A stretch of 62,014 bases of DNA, filler included, from Nemertoderma westbladi (lineage: Eukaryota; Animalia; Xenacoelomorpha): NCBI GenBank assembly GCA_032718475.1. It is 4 parts of 4 records of this genome, joined end to end, with 100 filler letters (N's around TTAATTAATTAA, not from the genome) between each part and the next. Parts side by side here need not be neighbours in the genome. Positions count along the whole stretch, not along the records: positions 31,718 to 41,654 come from JAUCBJ010008358.1; positions 41,755 to 53,278 come from JAUCBJ010003851.1; 2 more parts are not named here. One strand, 5' to 3'. This document shows positions 39,821-50,075 of this stretch, one piece after another (the stretch's first letter is position 1; the number at the start of each line of letters is the position of its first letter). A program made the position numbers and the translations under genes. The notes beneath the pieces are model-generated. The model was not told the origin of the DNA. It ran no database searches and saw only the letters and a program-made list of their open reading frames with translations.

Positions 39821-41654
39821 ACATGACTCCCCAGTTATATCAGCCTAGGCTGAGAACACTCCCCAGTTGTCTCAGCCTAGGCTGAAAACACTCCCCAGGC
39901 TTCTCAGCCTAGGCTGAGAACACTCCCCTTAGGCTGAGATAACTCCCCTCTAGTTGCAAAAAATTGTTTGGTTGTTTCTGACTTATAAAACTCTATACAT
40001 AGGATCTAAGTTCGTTTTACCATATACATATACAGGCAGCATAATAAAGCATAATACTTTTTAGCAGTAATTTTTTAAGTCAGTTCAATTTACTTTTTTG
40101 TCCGCAAATTTTTATGAATTTTGCATAATACTTTTGTTGTCCGCAGAATGACTTTTTATGTATGCATTTCTTCAATTAAGAGAAAGGAGCAGGTTACATA
40201 GACGGTCTTTTCTAACCAAAACAATAAACGATAAAATTACCAATTGAAGGAAAGGGGCAGGTTACATAGACGGTCTTTTCTAACCAAAACAATAAACGAT
40301 AAAATTACCAATTGAGGGAAAGGGGCAGGTTACAGAGGCGAGCTTTTCTAACCAAAACAATAAGCAGTTACAATACAAAATGAAAAAAAGAGCAGGTAAC
40401 ATACCAATTGAGGGAAAGGAGCTCCTTTTTTCTTCTTCCTCGGGACCAATTTTGTTTGTTTAGAGGCCCTATTTTTTCTATTTCGGGGGGGTGGGGGGGG
40501 GGGGGGGGGGGGGGGCGCAGACCCTAACGCCGGCACTGCGTGTTCATTCCAGCCCGGTAATGTAAAATTTGCATTCGCATGGTCATTTGACCCACCGGCT
40601 TGCGGCAAAAGTCCAGCGGCTTCATTTAATGCATTAACAATATCATTAGCATACTCATCAATATTAGATATATGTAAGGGGTTTAGATACAAAACATTAC
40701 TGCTGAATTACAATGCAAATTAAGACTACTTAACCGGTTACTCAATGTCTGCTTAAATAAATCCTGCTGATCACTGTTAGCACGAGAGAAATTCGGTTTC
40801 GCCCGAACATTTCTCGGAACCGTGTTATCAACACGTAAATTAACATTAAACTTAAAATATACCGGGCTATGGTCTGAAAGGTTGGCACCGGAATGGACAA
40901 CGCCGGCCTCAAAACTCGCATCTAAAACGGTATCTGAGACCAAAAAATGCTCCAATGTCGATATTGAGATAGTATTATCAGTCTCATATAAATACGTGTA
41001 ATCAACATCATACTTATCCCATGCCACATTTAAATTATAATCTCGAACTAAGTTACGCAGCATATTTACATGTGCTGTTTGGGGTGCAAAGTCCGCATTG
41101 AAGTCTCCCGTTAAAATTACATTACTTGTATCTGAGACTCTAATAATGTCTGTAATATCATTGCACATAGTTAGAAATTCATCGGAAACCGTATCAACAT
41201 GCTTTGTATCAACAGGAAAATAACAGTTAAACAGAAGCTTATCCCTACAATTTGGGAATGAAAGTTTAATAGCTTGAAACCGCCTATTATTAGTTTCTAT
41301 ATTAATCATGTATTTTGATATCGATTTCCGAATTAAAAAGCACAAACCTGCAATTGGCCTACCGGTTTGACCAGTTGCATTGTTATCAGCATAATAAGCG
41401 GGTAGAGAATGACAATTAAAATCCTGCTTAAACCACCGTTTTAAGTAATTTGCATTATCCTTAAGTACAAAGTGTTCTTGAATACAGAAAATATCAGCAC
41501 TGGTAGCTAAAAACTTAGCGAATTCAGCTTTATCGCTGGAGAAACCTCTGCTGTTATAAGATATAATATAAAACTTACTACCATTTTGGGATTGACCAGA
41601 GTCCAACGCCATTGTGCAAGTTTTGGTTTACCGAGCGGGTCCATAGGCATCTTC

Positions 41655-41754
41655 NNNNNNNNNNNNNNNNNNNNNNNNNNNNNNNNNNNNNNNNNNNNTT
41701 AATTAATTAANNNNNNNNNNNNNNNNNNNNNNNNNNNNNNNNNNNNNNNNNNNN
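41655..41754. other. Assembly gap spacer
   Basis: N-run, TTAATTAATTAA, N-run. Confidence 0.95.
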
Positions 41755-41996
41755 GGAATAAACTGCATCGGATAAATCAGATCCCTATCAAATTGAAAGT
41801 AATCAAATATAGGAGTTAAAAAATAAAAAAATATAAAAAAAAATAAATTGGTACGATATTGTTATTATATGCAACTACCGTTTGCACTGGGATCTATCAC
41901 TACTGTGTTATATACCTACCGGTATCGTTATGTTGTTCTCTCTGCATGTGATTACTGTTATTCTGTAGTCATGTTATTATCAGAATATTATACGAA

Positions 41997-42830
41997 TTAC
42001 TGAAATAACAGTGCCGACTTGTCGACAAAATTGCGCCGCCACAACACCCTATCACCCATGACATTTGCGAGATCACCCGCACCCTCAAGGCCAGTTTCCT
42101 TTAAGATGCGTCTCAAGAAAGTCATGGGCTGTCCACCATGCTTATTCAATCCATAAGGCTGCCAAAACACAAGATTATGAACTGGCTGGTCCTCACAGCA
42201 AAAGCAATGTCCTGCAAAGAGGAGGCGATTTTGTTCTAGTGTCAAGCTTGGGGGAACCAATGAGACACCTCCAATGTTATATAGTGTCTGGTTGGAGATG
42301 TGTGCATTGTACTTGACATAATGAACCCGGCGTAGCATTCTTGTGAATGTGCAATCCAGAGATTTGGTGTCCTCAGCAGTTAGAGCCCAGCATGGACTCC
42401 CATAGAGTAGTACTGGAACTACTGCTGCTCTAAATAATCGGACCTGAAGTTTCCGATTAATTCTCGGTGACTTCCAAATCCTGGAAAGCCTATTCAAGGC
42501 TGTCCATGCCTTTCCCTTACGTATTCGAAGGTCCTCACCTGACTTCCGGATCCATGATCCCAGGTAACAGAAGTCGTCCACATGCTCCAGCATACCATCC
42601 TTTGAGCTTATGCTCATCCGATCAGAGACTTGTTGAGGATTTTCAAAGTTAACTGTCAAAATTTTGGTCTTTCTGGAGTTAATAAAAAGTCAACACTAGA
42701 AGCAGCAAGTTCAAATGAGCTGAGGAGCCACTGGGCTCCCTCTAGTGATTCTGAGAGTACTCCTAAGTCATCAGCAAAGTCTAGATCAGTTAGGTACTTG
42801 GCAGGATTTCTTCGTATAATCGTATCGTTC
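41997..42830 (-). pseudogene. 5'-truncated RTE LINE (RT motif C through C-terminus)
   Basis: YLTDLDFADDL, DDFCYLGSW, LFRAAVVPVLLYG, RLLFAGHC. Confidence 0.85.
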
Positions 42831-42911
42831 TAGTATTCCATGGGTGCAGGTTACAGTGGCACATTGCAAGGTATTATAACCGAAACAAAAAATGAAACTT
42901 ATTACTACACG

Positions 42912-43328
42912 TACGTGGGGACTTTGCGTAGAGGTGCAATTAGTGGACCTAGTCATTCGCCCCCTAGCGGCAGACAGATGAACTATAAAAGTCTGTCTCG
43001 GAGGATAATTTCTTTATTCAGCAATGCCCGCAGGTCACTCCTACCAAATTTCAGATGGATCTTACAGTATGGTTGGTTCTATAATTACAGCTACTTTTAC
43101 GTTTCTGTCAATTGGACCCCTAGCGCCAGACAGATGAACTACAGAAGTCTGTCTCTCTGTACAATTTCTAAACTTTTCATATATTACATGTGTCCAAGTT
43201 TGGTTCTATTTCATCAAACATTGACCTACTTATTAGGTATTAGCGTTCAAACATTTACAACAACCACGACAACGACGGCGCATCCATTACGCTAAAGGCT
43301 CACCTGGACTTACATGGCTCGCCCCACA
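42912..43328 (+). mobile_element. DINE-1/Helentron-like element with CCCTAGCGG monomers
   Basis: 5' GTGGGG end, two monomers, ACG/ACA microsatellite and 3' GGCTC...GGCTCGCCCCAC; same layout as 47699-48968. Confidence 0.6.
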
Positions 43329-43329
43329 G

Positions 43330-43642
43330 GCTACTGTTATATTTTGGAAGTAATCAGCTGTCATTGGCGTCAAAATTCCCCTGGAGAGGGATGAATTTAT
43401 AATGCGTCGAAAGTCCCCCCCCCCCCCCCCCCCCCCCCCTCCTCTATCAGAAGTACTGTACCTAACTGATCTAGACTTTGCTGATGACTTAGTTATCTCA
43501 ATATCACTAGAGGGAGCCCAACGGCTCCTCGGCTCATTAGAACAGGCTGCTTCTAGTGTTGGTCTTTTGTTGACTCCAAAAAGGCCAAAATCTTGACAGT
43601 TAACTTTGGAAGTCCTCAGCAAATCTCTGATCGGTTTAGCAT
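43330..43642 (+). pseudogene. RTE RT fragment in inverted orientation relative to 42615-42810
   Basis: YLTDLDFADDL..SLEGAQRLLGSLEQAASSVGL; a diverged reverse complement of the neighbouring copy. Confidence 0.8.
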
Positions 43643-44107
43643 CTCAATGTGCAGTTTCAATGCAGCAGGCCGATTATGGTATACTGTAGTAGTCTATCAG
43701 GGGAATCCCTTACAAGCGCATATGTGGGTGGATACGGATACGGCGAAAAGTTAAACACATTACATAATTTTCGAGTTTAATAGCTCAAAGCTGCAAAATG
43801 ACCGCAAACACAAAATAATTGAAAAATTCTATGACAAATTTACGGTGGCTGAATCAGGCCAAATAAAACCAATTTTCTTAGTCATAAAATCATATAAATC
43901 CACTTTTCTTAGTCGCGGAAAAATCATATAAAACTACTTTTTATGTACCGTGCGAGTTTTAAAAAACATGTAAAACCACTTTTCTCAGTCGAATAAAAAT
44001 CATATAAAACCATTTTTATGTACCGTGGGAGTTTTAAAAAACATATAAAACCACTTTTCTCAGTTGAATAAAAATCATATAGGCCTAAAACCATTTTTCC
44101 AGGTCTA

Positions 44108-45306
44108 TTAAATATCATATAAAACCATTTTTCCAGTCCTATTCACTTTATTATTATCCATAACTATAGCTCGAGGTATAGCACCAACCCCAATTATCGG
44201 TAGCAGGACATACGTAATTTTTTCAATAAAGATATCTGAATCTAATCCTGATACAGCATGGATCTTGAAAATTTTCAGGTTGCCCATAAACTGTACTGTG
44301 CCGCCTGTATACTGGAAGCCTGGTTTTACAAATACCTCGTCGGCAACCACAACAACTTCCTTTTTTCCCGCTTCCAGGCAATTTAATTGTAATGTTAAGA
44401 ATTCTGTGTCACTCAATTTATTGGTATCACTGGTATAACGTTGCAGCTGTCTTATAGATGGCAATGCCATAACACCCACAAGTTCAACATAAACTGAGCG
44501 AGATTTCGTAAATACATGAAATCCCAAAAGTTACATCCTCAAGTGAAAATGGATCGCAAACTGGTTTATTCAAGTTAGAAATCTGTTGAGATATGAATGT
44601 GCATTTTAATTCAGTTTTTCCAATTGGTGTAAAGTTAATTACATGTTTGATAATATTTTCCAATTCTGACCAACAAGTAAAAGTTTTGTGTTTTATAAAC
44701 GGCAGACAACTCCATTGCATGATTATAGCAAGTTATAGTGTGCTTGGAATTATTTATTCCACGGGTAATAAATATGCTAAACTTGTAAACTGAACCCTCC
44801 CGAGTTTTAGATCTCAAAACGATTTCATCGTCCAGTTCCTGAATAGAAAACAGTTCCGTAAAATTGCATTGTTCTTTTAACAATCGATTATATATGTCAC
44901 TGTAAATAAGCGCATCTTGTTCCAAGAATGCTTCCAGTTCATCGGGTATTAAGTTTCGAACTGAAGGAAGAGCGACTGCGGCAGATTCACGAGGAGGAGC
45001 GTTTGGAGATGGCAAACAAGAAGACGGTACCGATTCGAATATGCTGGGTGCGATGATGGGAACATGGGCACCACCTCGAACCACCCTCGTTGCATAACCC
45101 AGAGGCCAGTGTTTCTCACAGATACGTTTATTTTTAGTGAATTCAAACCCAGCATTTGGCAAAACCCGAATCCATGCACTTCGCTCCACTTCATCGTTTG
45201 GGAAGCTAAACACCTTCACTGCGGGTACCGGTACTTCCGACTTTAGGCGAGGCCTATCATCGTTTGAATTGCATCCAAAGACGCAGCGTTTATAGGCCTA
45301 AGGCAT
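44108..45306 (-). pseudogene. THAP-domain P-element transposase, N-terminal part, disrupted
   Basis: THAP: MP(Y)KRCVFGC...VFSFP...W...P...RICEKHW...APSIF. Core start: LPSIRQLQR...VVVADEVFVKPGFQYTGG...AIVMDNNKVN. Frameshifts, and truncated before the rest of the catalytic domain. Confidence 0.85.
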
Positions 45307-46289
45307 CTATTAAGTTGTTAAGGAATTATTACTGGTAAATAAGCAATTAAAAACAATAGACTTGTTGCCAAGCAAATACGTATGATAACAGGCCTAACAG
45401 CCTAATTAAAAAGATCATTTAGATTTTAGACTTATTGCTTTATTGCAGTATTGATTAGTGCTGTAGTGCAAAACCATGTCACAGGCGGTCGCGGTCGTCA
45501 CCCTCTTCCGAAGGAACACAATAAGAGTGGCAGGGGAGGGGACACAGGTATTGTATACTGTATACAGGTATATGCCTACCGGTAATACAGTACTACAGGT
45601 ATAAGATACAACACTACAGCACTACAACAATACTACCAGACCTACAGTGTTTACTGCCTGACAGTGTAAGTCCAACAAGTCAGGCAACGCTAATTCCGCA
45701 GCAAAGTCCTTGTCATGGCCTGTGTGTAGTGCGCCCAGCCCAATAACTGAATACTGGAATAAGCCTATGTCATTCCATCCATAGCACATGCAGACATGGC
45801 AGCATGGTGCCATCAGTGGTAGGCACATTTTGTCTTCAATTTCAACTGTTCAATTTCAATCCGGGATAGGCCCGGGCCTTTAATTTCGGAAGTTCACCTT
45901 TCGATATCGTTATATAGCAAAAGCAAAAAACCCAACACAGCAACACCAAAGGTCACCATAAAATGTTTAAGGTTGATCAGTATTTATTCATGAATGTGGG
46001 TGATATGATAGGCCTAATGATAATACAGTATGCCGTAGCCGTGGGGTGTTGGGGTGCAGCCAGTGGTCTGCTGTAGCAAAGCTAGTATAGATTTCCACTG
46101 GTGCATGACTGTGAAAGGTTTAGTGTACTGATTAGGAGAGGGGGGTGGGGGTGGGGGGGGGGGGGGGGGGGGTTACTCGATAGATTCGAAAGGAGATAAT
46201 TTAGGTGCTCGGAATGTAAAAAGCATGTTTATGAAATAGTTGCTAGCTAGTGGGACCCTTCAGGAATATACTGCACATTGGATATATTG

Positions 46290-46640
46290 GAGATGTTTTA
46301 TTGTATATAAGTCAAACATAGATAAATACAGTATAGGTCTAACTAGAGTATGGACAGTATGCCTAATGTCGCAAAGTGGATACTTTATTTGTGGAATCTT
46401 TACCAGCTTCAAGACAAGGCATCGAGAAAACGTTTTTTTAATTTATTTGCTAGGGCATTTTTAGATAGTGAGTTTTTAAGTTCTAAGGGTAAATCATTCC
46501 AAATTTTAGGTCCTGTATATTTTATAGAATTTTGGGAAAGTTGTAAGCGGACACGAGGGACAAAGAACTTTTGTGTAGAAGCAGAGCGCGTGGAATATTT
46601 GTGTATTGTACTTGTGTGACGGAATATTTTTTGCATGGTT
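46290..46640 (-). mobile_element. 3' fragment of a CR1/L2(Crack)-group LINE inserted in the P element
   Basis: HKYSTRS...SIKYTGPKIWNDLPLELK...KLKKRFL, a typical L2/Crack ORF2 C-terminus. Confidence 0.7.
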
Positions 46641-47462
46641 TCAGTTTTCTTATGTTTGTTAATGTCGTAATGGAAAAGTGACAGAGAAAATCGGTTTTGT
46701 ATGATTTTTGTGGTTTATATATTATATGATTTTTATTCGACTGAGAAAAGTCAGAAAGTGGTTTTATATGATTTTACTCGACCGAGAAAAGTGGTTTTAT
46801 ATGTTTTTTAAAACTCGCACAGAACATAAAAGTGGTTTTATATGATTTTAAGTCGACTAAGAAAAGTGGTTATATATAATATTTAATGGACCTTGAAAAA
46901 TGGTTTTATATAATTTTTAAAACTCGCACAGTACATAAAAGTATTTTATATGATTTTTCCACGTCTAAGAAAAGTGGTTTTATATGATTTTATGACTAAG
47001 AAAATTGGTTTTATTTGGCCTGATTCAGCCACCGTACAAATTTGTTTAATTTAATTAAAAACATTATGGGAAAGGAGCAGGTTACAGTGGGTTTGTTTTC
47101 TAACCAAAACAATAAACTCTTTACATTATTTCAGTTGCGGTCAATTTGCGCTGAAAATCACTATTTTCACGTGATGTTAACGTGCGCCAGTATCTGTAAT
47201 TTCCTAATTGGCATAGTCTTTACAGTCTTACTTGGTTACGGTACAGTACTTCGGTAGTCGCAAAGTGGTCTGTCAGTTCGCCCTGTTTCAGTAGGCTTTA
47301 CAGTATTATTGTCAGATTGTTATTTAATGCGATACTGATTTATTGTTACCCCACCCAGTTAGACCGAATTCATGTAAATGCTGATAGATATATTAAAAGA
47401 TGATAGAAAAAATAAAGTATTGAGGGTCTTTAGCTGGTTATATTATATTAGATAAAGATACA

Positions 47463-47502
47463 ATAGTAAACGTTTTCGACCTACCGGTCTGCATCAGACT
47501 AT
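47463..47502 (-). ncRNA. Minimal type I hammerhead ribozyme-like motif (inverted pLTR copy)
   Basis: Minus strand: ATAGT CTGATG CA GACC-GGTA-GGTC GAAA ACGT TT ACTAT; stem I ATAGT/ACTAT, stem II GACC/GGTC, palindromic stem III AAACGTTT. Confidence 0.7.
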
Positions 47503-47698
47503 GTACTGGCAACTAACAGGAAAAGGTAACTTTGCCGCTTTGCTAACGACCTTCTAGAACCCGCGGTCACTCGCCTGGAGTCTAACTTGAAAGGGACAGA
47601 CGACTTACTTACGACTTAAGGGGTTATCAGCCCTCCCTAGAGATATTGGACCCGACTGCACTCTGATTTCACTGGACGTAGTAGACATGTACACTAAC

Positions 47699-48968
47699 AC
47701 GAAGTGGGGCCTTCGCGCAGCACGTGAAATGAGTTAATGCTAAGTATCAACTCGAAAGGATTATAAAAACATAGGAGAAGATTTTCCCGGAAAACGTTAA
47801 CCCTCTAGCGGGAGACTGGGTAACTGAAGAAGGAAGGATTAGTTTCCCTACAAAGCCACAGCCTATGGTCTATTACATATCTACCAAGTTTCCGATTGAC
47901 GGATCATAAATAACGAAATGTTGGAAGGTTTTCACTTTCATACATTTAGCCCTCTAGCGGCATATTAAAGAACTACGGATCGATCACCTTCCTCACAAAG
48001 ACGAGGCATGTGGTCTAGTACATACCGGTACTGTATATTCCAAAATTCAGCTTAAATAGATTAAGATCAAGGAATTCGCAAAGGTTATCACTTTCCTACA
48101 TTTCGCCCTCTAGCGGCAGACTCGAAAACTCCGGACCGATTACTGTCCACACAAAGACTTAGGATGTCTTCTAGTACATATATGACAAGTTTCAGCGTAA
48201 TCAGATCATAAACAACTAAATGGAAGAATAATTTCACATTCGGGACATTTCGCCCTCTAGCGGCAGACTGGAGAACTGCAGACAGATTAGCCTCCTTTGA
48301 AATTTACAGCTAATGGTCTAGTACATACTTCCCAAGTTTCAGCTTAAACGGATTAAAAGCAAAGAAATGGGTGGCCATTTAATGTTTAGACATGTGGCCC
48401 TCTAGCGGGAGACTGGAAAACTTCGGACCGATTACAATCCACACAAAGACTCAGGATGTCATCTAGTACATATATGACAAGTTTCAGCGTAATCAGATCA
48501 TAAACAACTAAATGGAAGAATAATTTCACATTCGGGACATTTCGCCCTCTAGCGGCAGACTGGAGAACTGCAGACAGATTAGCCTCCTTTGAAATTTACA
48601 GCTAATGGTCTAGTACATACTTCCCAAGTTTCAGCTTAAACGGATTAAAAGCAAAGAAATGGGTGGCCATTTAATGTTTAGACATGTGGCCCTCTAGCGG
48701 GAGACCATTGCACTGATGGTGTCTGAAAGTCTCTCAAAAATCTCAACTTTTGCTTATATTGATACCTACAAATTTTCAACTTGGCAGCTTTAAATCCGAC
48801 AAAGTTATTAGCATGTCAAAATCGTAACGACGACGACAACGACGACGACGACAACGACGACGACGACAACGACGACGACGACGACGACGACAACTATTTG
48901 CATAAATTGACCCACCCCCTAACAGTGTCAATTCGCTAAGGCTCCGCCAACTTCGTGGCTCGCCCCAC
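47699..48968 (+). mobile_element. DINE-1/Helentron-like element with seven ~146-bp monomers, inserted in the Penelope RT
   Basis: It splits MYTN|ITHDVGCRAL. GTGGGGC 5' and GCCCCAC 3' ends; CCCTCTAGCGG at about 47800, 47949, 48105, 48252, 48397, 48544 and 48689; (ACG/ACA)n at 48826-48893. Confidence 0.75.
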
Positions 48969-49253
48969 ATTACCCATGATGTAGGATGTAGGGCACTACG
49001 ACAAGCACTCTCCGAGGACACGCACTTCACACAACAAACACTCATCTCATTAGATAACTTTATACTACTCGTCCGATTTATACTTGAACATAACTACTTC
49101 ACTTTTGATAACACACTATACCTTCAATTACGAGGCGCAGCCATGGGTAGCAGTTTCTCGAAAAACTACGCTAGCCTAACCATATCTAGATTAGAGATAC
49201 ACTTCCTCCACATCCTGAACAACCCCATTAATAACTACCTAAACGCGAGTGTA

Positions 49254-49540
49254 TCAAACAGATTTTCTTCGGCCGCTAGGCCAGGGATTACGCACAAAGT
49301 CTGACGACTTATTTCCAGTGCGGTCCCCCCAGAAATTTACTCCCCAGAGGAAACTCCAGTACTCATTTAGCTACCACTTAAGGATGCAAGGCAGAGATGC
49401 GCCCTGGCTGGTCCCTTTAAAGCATTCGTGCCGAAACGAAAACTGCCCTGGCCCATGTGAGGATCGAACCCACGACCTACAGGAGATGTGAATTCAATGC
49501 AACCACTACACCAAGGTGGAACCTTGGTGTAGTGTGTAGT
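49254..49540 (-). mobile_element. tRNA-derived SINE inserted in the Penelope RT
   Basis: Minus strand A box TGGTGTAGTGG and B box GGTTCGATCC; central GCCTTGCATCCTT...TAAATGAGTAC block (Meta/Sauria-like by recall); 3' GGACCGCACTGGAAATAAG resembling an L2/Crack tail. Confidence 0.75.
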
Positions 49541-49550
49541 AGGTGTAGTA

Positions 49551-50075
49551 ACTACCATAACTACCCATGTAACTAATACAACCACCCATGAAACTAACAT
49601 AACTACCCCCAAAACTACCCTAACTACCCATGAAACTAACATAACTACTCCTGACATTAACATAACTACCCCTGGAACTAACATAACTACCCCTGGAACT
49701 AACAGAACTACCCCTGAAACTACCATAAGTACCCATGAAACTAACATAACTACCCCTGGAACTACCTTAAGTACCCATGAAACTAACATAACTACCCCTG
49801 AAACTAACGAAACTAACATAACTACCCCTGAAACTACCATAAGTACCCATGAAACTAACAAAACTACCCCTGATACTAACGAAACTAACATAACTACCCC
49901 TGAAACTACCATAAGTACCCATGGTACTAACATAAATACCCCTGAAACTAACGAAACTAACATAACTACCCCTGAAACTACCATAAGTACCCATGGTACT
50001 AACATAAATACCCCTGAAACTAACAAAACTAACATAACTACCCCTGGCACTAATATAACTACCCCGGAACCTACC
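49551..50075. repeat. Codon-phased 21-bp-based repeat ACTACCCCTGAAACTAACATA
   Basis: Unit variants are multiples of 3 nt and encode TTPETNI/STHETNI. Confidence 0.9.

Larger units (their letters stand above)
38863..40538. mobile_element. Non-autonomous hAT element
   Basis: TIR CAGTGGCGGCGTTAGGG and CCCTAACGCCGGCACTG; exact 8-bp TSD CGTGTTCA (38855-38862, 40539-40546). Removing it restores the LINE reading frame. Confidence 0.9.
36467..41654 (-). mobile_element. Degenerate APE-type LINE (Proto2/RTEX-like) interrupted by a hAT element
   Basis: APE ORF 40683-41612 (SYNSRG, CIQEH, GDFNAD, SDHSP); LPGWNEH|VRPFREEAIFWHSVW..AGRP linker; RT fragments NYRAIAISS, QFGFQ, LDLTKAFD, GVRQG, YADD, HLG; (AATA)n tail at 36467-36492. 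Clade call from motif recall. Confidence 0.8.
43842..47035 (-). mobile_element. P-superfamily (Galileo-like) transposon with long repeat-containing TIRs, internally deleted
   Basis: ACGGTGGCTGAATCAGGCCAAATAAAACC... inverted at both ends; ~290-350-bp TIRs built of AAAATCATATAAAACCACTTTT repeats; 8-bp flanking duplication ACAAATTT (43834-43841, 47036-47043). Confidence 0.88.

Noticed and set aside
48776-49045. Arg/Cys-rich protamine-like ORF (RRRRCRRRRC)
   Set aside because: Translation of the (ACG/ACA)n microsatellite of the HINE element.
49440-49520. tRNA gene
   Set aside because: A and B boxes are present but there is no cloverleaf, and it continues into a SINE body and LINE-like tail.
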